Part shown: in pieces, positions 42,101-51,100 of the stretch
How the letters are laid out: each line of letters starts with the position of its first letter
How positions within the stretch are numbered: the stretch's first letter is position 1
Source of the DNA: Pseudomonadota bacterium
GTDB taxonomy: Bacteria; Pseudomonadota; Gammaproteobacteria; Burkholderiales; Burkholderiaceae_C
Reading direction: 5' to 3'
NCBI GenBank assembly: GCA_021846965.1
Contig: JAJZWA010000011.1
Location: 244 to 64,243, forward strand
Length of the DNA: 64,000 nucleotides
Position numbers and translations under genes: made by a program
The notes under the pieces: model-generated
The model's database searches: none
The model's input: only the letters and a program-made list of their open reading frames with translations
Told to the model about the DNA's origin: nothing

Positions 42101-45100
42101 GCTGCCGTTGTCGAAAAAGGCCTGCACCTGCGGGCTCAGCGTGGCGGTCGCCACCGACCCCTCCACGGCGATGCCGATGCCGGCCGAGACCGCCAGCGAG
42201 CTCGCGTTGGCCGAATCGGTGGAGTTGGCCTGGATGTCCACGCTGCCGACCTGCGCGGTCGGCGTGCCGAAGGTGGCCGCGTCGGCCGAGGCCTGCTCGC
42301 TGCCGCTGAGCTGGGCGATGGACACCGCCGCGCCGGCCGCCATGCCGCCGGCGGCGGCGCCCGAGCCGGTGGAGTTCAGCGCGCGATTCGAGGTCGCGGT
42401 GATATCCACCTCCCCGGGGCTGGACACGCTGGCATCGGACACCGAGGCCTGGGTCTGCGAACTGTCGCCGGTGTAGGCGACCACCGCATCCGCGCCGGCC
42501 AGCAGCCCGACTCCGCCGGCGTAGCTCTGCACGCCCAGGGTGTGCTGGGTGTCCGCGCTCACCTCCAGCTGGCTGCCGGAAAGGCTTGCGCCACTGCCGG
42601 CGGCGCCCGAGACGCTCGCCGAGTTGCGGGTGTTGTCGATGGCCACGCCGACGCCCGCGCCGATGCCGACTCCGCCCGCGCCCAGCGCGCCCGACAGGTT
42701 GGACACCGTCACCTTGTCGTCCGAGGCGACCGTGATCGAGCCTCCGGCGTGCACGGTGGCGTTGCCGATGCTCGCCGAGGTGCCGGTCTGGCCCTGGCCC
42801 GAAAGCACCGCGCTGGCGCTGGTCGAGTCCTGGGTGCTCTGTGCCGACGCGCTCGCCGAGCTGACGTCGGAATTGCTCGACTGCGACAGATAGTCGTTGC
42901 CGATGGTGTTGTCGTGCATCTGCGAGTTGGCGTTGTCGCCAACCGACTGCCCGCCCGAGGAGGTGGTCAGCGCGCCGATGGTCTGGGTGTCCGAGCCGCT
43001 GCTGCCATTGGCGCTCTGGCCGTTGGAGATCGCCAGCACGTTGATGGAGGCGCCGAGCCCGAACACCCCGCCGCCCACGCCGAACACGCTGGCATCGACC
43101 GCCTTGTTGGAATACGCAGCGACCGATACCGCGCCGGCCGCGTCGACCACCGCGTTGTCGCCGATCGACGCCTGGGTGTTGCTGGTCAGCACCGCCACGT
43201 TGACCGAGCCGCCGACGCCGGCGATGCCGACCCCGGCCGAGGCGTCGACCGCGTACAGCGCGGTGTTGTCGCGCGCGGCCACGTCGACGTTCTGGCCGCT
43301 GCCCGCGCCAGGCGTCTGGGTGTTGATCCGGGCGCCGCCGTCGATGGACGCGATGGTCGTGGTCGACACGGCCTGCACCGACACCGCCCCGGCCACGCCG
43401 GCATAGGCGCCGCCAGCTCCGGCCAGCGCCAGCGAATCCAGGCTCTGCGCGGAATCGGCCGACACCAGCAATCCCTGGCCGGCGCTGGTCGCCGCGGAAT
43501 CGCCCGCGGTGTAGAGAAGGAAGGCGGAGTCGCTGCCCTGGCCACCGGCGTTGATCACTGCGCCCGATCCGACATGGGCCTCGGTGTCCTTGATCAGCAC
43601 CGCCACGCCGATGCCGGCGCCCACTCCGGCGGCGCCCCCGATTCCCGCCGAGCCGGCAGTGAGGGCGGCGTTGGTCTGGTCGTCGGCGCTCACGACCACG
43701 CTGCCGCCGGCATCGACCGTGCCGTCGATGGTCGCAAGCGTGGTGTCATCGACCACGAGCACGGTGGCCCCGCCGGCGATGCCCGCCACCCCGCCCAGGC
43801 CGGCGCTGGCCGTGAGGCCCGAGAAGTCCTCGCCCGCGTTGGCGCTGACGTCGACGTTGGACTGCGCCGCGACGCTGGCGCCTCCGTCGATGAAGGCCTT
43901 GGTCGTGTTGTCGATGACGTTGGTGAGCAGCCCGGCACCGACCCCGACCGCGCCACCGCCGCCCCCGGCGCCGGTGATTCCGCGCACGTACAGATTGCTG
44001 GCGGCGGCTACCGCCACCGATTGCGCGGCGCTCGCGCCGCTGTTGGCGCCGCCATCGACGACGGCGCCCGAGCCGATGCTGGCCTCGGTGTCGCTGATGA
44101 CCACGGGCACCGCGCCCGAGATGGCCGCGCCCACGGCGCCACCCACCGCGCCGCTGACCGCGGCCGCGTCGAGCGACGCGGTGGCCACGGCGTTCACGAG
44201 CACGCCGTGCACGTCGCGCGTGATCGGCGCCACCGTGCGCGTGACCAGGCTTCCCTGGTTGCTCCCGAGCAGGTTGTTGCCCTCGTTGAGCGCGCCGTCG
44301 GACGTCGTCGGCTGCGCCGCCTGCTGGCCGTTGAACTGGTCGCCGAAGCCGCTGGTCAGGGACTGCGAGTTGCCGTTGCCCAGCGCGCTGACCTGCGCGC
44401 CGGCGCCGATCCCGGCCAGGGTGGTCTGTTGCACCACGGAAACGCCGATCGAGGCGCCGACTCCGGCGGCGCCTCCCCCCGCGGCGCCGCCGACAACCGC
44501 GCCCAGGCCGTCGTCGTCCGAGGCCAGCACGGCGACGTTGCCATAGGCGGTCACGGTGTCGCCCGCGCCGATGCCGGCCTCGGTGTCGCCGAGCAGCACA
44601 TAAGTCTGCACGGCGCCGGCCACGCCGGCCGCGCCACCGACGGCGGCGCCCGCCACGACCGAACTCAGGGTCTCGCTGCTGGCGGCCTGCACGGTGACGT
44701 CGCCCGAACTGGCGTGCACGAGGGCGGCCGTGCCTTGCGCGCCCACGGCCTCGATTCCGATCCAGGCGTGGGTGTTCTTCTTCAGCACGTTCACGTCGAC
44801 GCCGGCGCCCACGCCGGCAGCGCCGCCTCCGCCGGCGGCGCCGGCGATGTCGCTGATGGTCGACAGGTCGCTGGCCGCCACGTCCACGGAGGCCGCGTCG
44901 ACCGTCGCGCCGTAACCGATGTAGGCCTGGGTGGTGTCGACGATGTCGCTGGAGGCCAGCGCCACCGCGACCCCGGCGCTGCCCCCGGCGGCGCCGGTGA
45001 TCACCGCCGTGCTGACGTTCTCGTCGGCGCTCGCACCCACCTGCACCGCGCCCGCGGCGCTCACGCTGGTGCCGTCGAGCATCGTGGCCTGCGTGGTGTC

Positions 45101-48100
45101 ATCGAGCACCGAGGCGGCCGCCGAGCCGCCCACGCCCGCAGCGCCGCCGACTCCGATGGCGCCGCCGACGTTCAGGATATGGGTGTTGTTGCTGGCGTTG
45201 ACGTCGACGAAACCGGTGGCGGCATCGGTGGTCGTGATGCCGACGTCCTGCCCGATGCTGGCGCTGACGGTGTCGGTCTGGGTCACCGGGGTCAGCACCC
45301 CGGACACGCCCACGTCCCCGCCGATTCCGCCGGCCACGGCGATGTTGTAGGCCACCGTCGAGGCATCGGCCTGTACGTCCAGCGAAGCCGCGGTGATCTG
45401 CGCGCCGGAGCCGATGCCCGCGGTGATGGAGTTGTCGAGGGTGGTGACCGCCGCCGTCAGGCCCACGCCCACCGACCCCGCGGCGGCGACGCCGCCGCCG
45501 ACGTTGACCACCTGCGACTGGTCCGCGGCATCGACCTCGAGCTCGCCGGAGGTCGTGATCAAGGCGTTGGAGCCGATGTTCGCCGCAGTGGTGATGACTT
45601 CGGTCAGCGGCGTGGCCACCCCGGAAATCGCCACGTCCCCGCCCGCCGATCCGGCGACGGCGACGTTGATCACGTTCTCCGAGGTGCTCGCCCCCACCGT
45701 CAGCGAACTCGCGCCAAGCACCTGGGTCGGGTCGGCCTGGCTGGAGTCGAGCAACGCCGTGGCGCCGTCGGTGATGGTGGTGGCGATCAGCGTCGCGCCG
45801 ACCCCGGCGGAGCCGCCGGCGCCGAGGCTGCCGCCGATGTTCAGCGCGCTGAAGTCGTTGCTCGCCGACACGTCGACGGCGCCGCTGGACTGGATGCTGC
45901 TGCCCGCGCCCACCGTGGCGCCGACCTCGCGCTGCGAGGTGATGAGCCCGATGACCCCGGCCACACCCGCCTCGTCGGCGGCGCCGGCGCTGAAGCCGAA
46001 CAGCTGCACGTCCTGGCTGGCCGCGGCGCCGACGTCCAGCGCGGCCGAGGATGCGATGTCCACCCCGGTGCCGAGCTGGCTCTGGATGCTGCTGTCGTCA
46101 TACAGGAAGGCGCCGGCCACGCCGACCCCCGCCGAGCCTGCCGAGGCGGCGGCACCGCCGAGCAGGGCCTTGGCCACGGTGTCGTCCGCCGCCTTCACCG
46201 ACACGCTGCCCGTGCTGTGCACCGTGGTGGATGCGCCGATGCCGGCGCTCACCGTGTTGTCCACGACCTCGACCGCGAAAGCGCCGGCAATGGCGGCGCT
46301 GTTGCCCGAAGCCGCTCCGGCGCCAGCTTCGGCGAGGAAATTGGTCTGGCCGAGCAGCGCCAGCCGCAGACCCTGGCCGGCAAGGCTGGTCAGCGTGGTC
46401 TGCAGCGTGCTGGCGTCCTGGCTCAGCGAGGTGCCCAGCTGGCTCGAGGTCGCGCTGGCCGCCGAGGAGGCGTCGCCGGCCAGCTTCGTCACCCCGCTGA
46501 GCGGGTTGTCGACCTTGTGGTTGGTCGCCGTCACGCTGAGGCTGGCGCCATGCAGGTCGTCGTTCTGGCCGACGGCGGCGGTGTAGCTGTCGGTGGAAAT
46601 CACCGCGGCGATGGACGCGCCGATGCCCACCCCCTGGTTGGACGAACTGCCGCTCCAGGCGTTGGCTGCCCAGCTGCTGGTGTTGTCGGCCTGCACCGAC
46701 AGGTCGCCCGCGGCTCCCATGCCGTTGGTGCCGGGTTGGCCGATCTGCACCTCGTCGCCGATGCTGGCCGAGGTCGACGACAGCGAGGCGGCCACGGCGA
46801 TCGACCCCGCCACCGCGACCTTGCCCGCCGATGCGCCCGACATCGCCACGGCCGAGGCGCGCGCGTCGACGAAGCCGGGATCCTGGTTCTCCGAGGAGAT
46901 CGCCTGCACTGACACCGCGCCCGGGGTGTACAGATTGGTATGACTGCCGATGCTCGCCGAGCTGGCGTTGTCGACCAGGCTGAGCGCGACGCCCACGCCG
47001 ACGCCCACCTTCGAACTGGTGTCGGTCGAGCCGTCACCCTCGGTGTACACGTCGCCCTGGTTGCCTGCCGACACCAGCACCGCGCCGCCGACGCTGATGG
47101 TGCGCCGCGCGCCCTGGGCGCCGCCGCCTATGCTCGCCTGGACCTGGTCGCCGACGATCGCCGCCCCCACTGCCGCGGCCACCGACACCTTGCCCTGGCT
47201 GCCCGAACTTCCGCTGGCCTTGCTCTGCGTCGTGCCGGAATCGCTCGCCCCCTGGCTCATCGCCGATTGCGCCTGCGAGGTGTTCAGGGTGTCGCCGCTG
47301 GCCACCGAGCCCCCACCCGAGGTGGAGTCGTTGCCGCTTTGCATCGCGCTGCTGAACTGGTTGCCGCTGGCCGAGGCCGTCGACTCGGCGTCGTAGCTGC
47401 GGCTGGAACTCGCGAGGATCTGCAGACCGGCGCCGATCGTGGCGTCGCGGTTCAGGCTGGCGGTGGTCTGCGAGGTGATCGCGCTGCCACCGCTGGTGGC
47501 GCCGAGGATTCCGGGGCCGGTGATCAACGCCACCGACCCGCCGATGGCCACGCTGCTGCCCGATCCCTTGACCGATGCGGTGGCCGTCGCCGTATTGGTT
47601 CCCTCGCTGCTGGCCGAGATGTCGACCCCGCCGGCGGTGGTGAAGGCATCGCCCGAGCCCACGGTCGCCGTCGTCGTCTCGCTGAGGATGGACATGGCCA
47701 CCACCGCGTCGACCGCGACACCCCCCGCGGCACCGGCCTGCGCCGTGCTGCTGGTGTCGGTGGTCGAACTCGCACCCACGTCCAGCGAACCCAGCGTGCC
47801 GGCCAGCGACACCTGATCGGCGATGGAGGCCTGGCTGGTCTCGGTGATGGTGTTCAGGGCCACCGAAGCGCCCACTCCCAGCTTGCCCCCGGAAGCGCCC
47901 GTGTCCGAGGGCGTGGCGCTGGCGTCGGCCTGCATCAGATTGGCCGCGCCGATATCGACCGCGCCACCATCGATGCGCAACAGCGTGCCCGAGCCCTGCA
48001 CGCTCGCGCTGCTGTCGCTCTGGATGACATTGACCGCCAGGGAGCCGGCCAGCCCGACCTTGGAGGCGCCGGCGCCCGAGGTCGCCGAGGCCGAGAACAG

Positions 48101-51100
48101 GTCCTCCCGCTCATTCACGCCGTTCTGGCTCAGGTCCACCGTGGCGGGCCCGGCGCTGCTCGAGCCCGGCACCGCCGGCGAGGCCACCCCCTGGTCGGTC
48201 TGCAGCGCCGTCAGGCTCAGCGAGCCGGCCTCGTACTGCCCGGCCGCCAGCATGCCCACGCTCGGCGCCGCCGACAGTGCCGAGCCGGCGCCCAAGGTCG
48301 CGTCGTTGACCTGGTGCGCCAGCGTGACCGCCACGGCCGCGCCGATGCCCACCGAAGTGCCGCCACCCGCCACCTGGCTGCCGTCGGCCTGCGTGCGCGC
48401 GTCCATATTGGACACCGTGCTCACGCTCAGGGCCCCGCCCGCCTTCACACCCACCGCCGCAGGGACGTAGGCCTGCACGCTCGAGTTCGCCACGTCCACT
48501 GCAATCGCCGCGGCCACCGCCACCGAGCCGTCGCTGGTCGAGCCCTGCCCGTTCTCGCTGCCCGAGGAGGAACCGTCCTGCGACTGCTGGGAGCTGCTGC
48601 CCACACCAGCATCGCCGGCCTTGGTCTCGGCACTGTCGGATTGCTTCTGGATTTTCGCGTCGACGCTGGAGTCCTCGCCCGAAGGCGCCGAACCGTCGCT
48701 GTTCGACCCATTGCCTCCGCTGGCGCTGGCCGTGGCGCTGGCCACGCTGAGCGACACCCCGGTGGCGCTGAAACCCACGTCCCCCGTGCTGTCCACGCTG
48801 GTCGAGGTCGTCGCCACCACCGAGTCGTTGATCACCGACACCGCCAGCGCCGCCCCCACCGCCGCCTTCGAGCCCGCCGCCGTCCCGCTGGCCTCCGTCG
48901 CCTCGGTGGCCGTCTGCTCCGCCGTCACCTGCACGGGGCCCGTGGCCTGCAGCCCGCCGCTCAGCGCCCCGATGCTCGCCTGCGTCTGATCGTTGACCAG
49001 CGACAGCGCCACCACCGGGGTCACCGACACCCCGCCGGCCGAACCCTGGTCCGCCTGCGTGCTCACCACATGCGAGGCATCGGCCGTCAGGCTCACCGCC
49101 CCGGCACCGCTCAGGGCCACGCCATCGGCCAGTTGCGCGTAGGAGCGCGTGGCCACGATGTTCAGCCCCACCGAGGCCCCCACCCCGACCTTGCCGCCCG
49201 AGGCGCCCGCGCCCTGCGGCAGCGCCGCCACGGTGCTCGACGTCAGATCGTCCGAGCTCAGCTGCACCCCGCCGCTGCCCCCGCTCAGGCTCAGCGTGCC
49301 CGAGGCGAGCTTCGCCACGGCCTCGCTGTCCACCAGGTCCAGAGCCAGCGAGCCGGCCACCCCCACCTTGGAGGCGCCGGCGCCCGAGGTCGCCGAGGCC
49401 GAGAACAGGTCCTCCCGCTCATTCACGCCGTTCTGGCTCAGGTCCACCGTGGCGGGCCCGGCGCTGCTCGAGCCCGGCACCGCCGGCGAGGCCACCCCCT
49501 GGTCGGTCTGCAGCGCCGTCAGGCTCAGCGAGCCGGCCTCGTACTGCCCGGCCGCCAGCATGCCCACGCTCGGCGCCGCCGACAGTGCCGAGCCGGCGCC
49601 CAAGGTCGCGTCGTTGACCTGGTGCGCCAGCGTGACCGCCACGGCCGCGCCGATGCCCACCGAAGTGCCGCCACCCGCCACCTGGCTGCCGTCGGCCTGC
49701 GTGCGCGCGTCCATATTGGACACCGTGCTCACGCTCAGGGCCCCGCCCGCCTTCACACCCACCGCCGCAGGGACGTAGGCCTGCACGCTCGAGTTCGCCA
49801 CGTCCACTGCAATCGCCGCGGCCACCGCCACCGAGCCGTCGCTGGTCGAGCCCTGCCCGTTCTCGCTGCCCGAGGAGGAACCGTCCTGCGACTGCTGGGA
49901 GCTGCTGCCCACACCAGCATCGCCGGCCTTGGTCTCGGCACTGTCGGATTGCTTCTGGATTTTCGCGTCGACGCTGGAGTCCTCGCCCGAAGGCGCCGAA
50001 CCGTCGCTGTTCGACCCATTGCCTCCGCTGGCGCTGGCCGTGGCGCTGGCCACGCTGAGCGACACCCCGGTGGCGCTGAAACCCACGTCCCCCGTGCTGT
50101 CCACGCTGGTCGAGGTCGTCGCCACCACCGAGTCGTTGATCACCGACACCGCCAGCGCCGCCCCCACCGCCGCCTTCGAGCCCGCCGCCGTCCCGCTGGC
50201 CTCCGTCGCCTCGGTGGCCGTCTGCTCCGCCGTCACCTGCACGGGGCCCGTGGCCTGCAGCCCGCCGCTCAGCGCCCCGATGCTCGCCTGCGTCTGATCG
50301 TTGACCAGCGACAGCGCCACCACCGGGGTCACCGACACCCCGCCGGCCGAACCCTGGTCCGCCTGCGTGCTCACCACATGCGAGGCATCGGCCGTCAGGC
50401 TCACCGCCCCGGCACCGCTCAGGGCCACGCCATCGGCCAGTTGCGCGTAGGAGCGCGTGGCCACGATGTTCAGCCCCACCGAGGCCCCCACCCCGACCTT
50501 GCCGCCCGAGACGCCCGCGCCCTGCGGCAGCGCCGCCACGGTGCTCGACGTCAGATCGTCCGAGCTCAGGTGCACCCCGCCGCTGCCCCCGCTCAGGCTC
50601 AGCGTGCCCGAGACGACCCTGGCCTCGGCCTCGCTGTCCAGCAGATCGGTGGCCAGCGAGCCGGCCACCCCCACGCTGGACGCGCCCGCGCCCGACACGG
50701 CCTGGGCGCTGAAGGCGTTGCCGGCGATGCCGCCGCTCATGTTCGCGGACAGGCTCAGGCTGCCGGCCTGGATGTCCTGGGCCACAGTGGCGTCGTCCGA
50801 CACATGGGCCAGGTTCAGCGCCACCGCGGCGCCGATGCCCAGCTTGGAGGTGGAGTCCCCGGCCGGCGAGCCATCGGCCAGGACCGAGGCGCCGTTGGCC
50901 GCGCTGCCGTTCAGGGAGACCTGCCCGGCCGCGGTGGCCTGGCTGGTGGAGGACATGTCCACCTGGGTCGCCGAATGCAGGTCGCTGATGGCCAGCGCCG
51001 CGGCAGCGCCCACGCTGCCGTCCGAGGTGGACAGGTAGGGCGTGTAGCTAGGGTCGGACAGGTATTGCGCGGCCTGGCCTCCCGGGTCCGGACTGGACGA

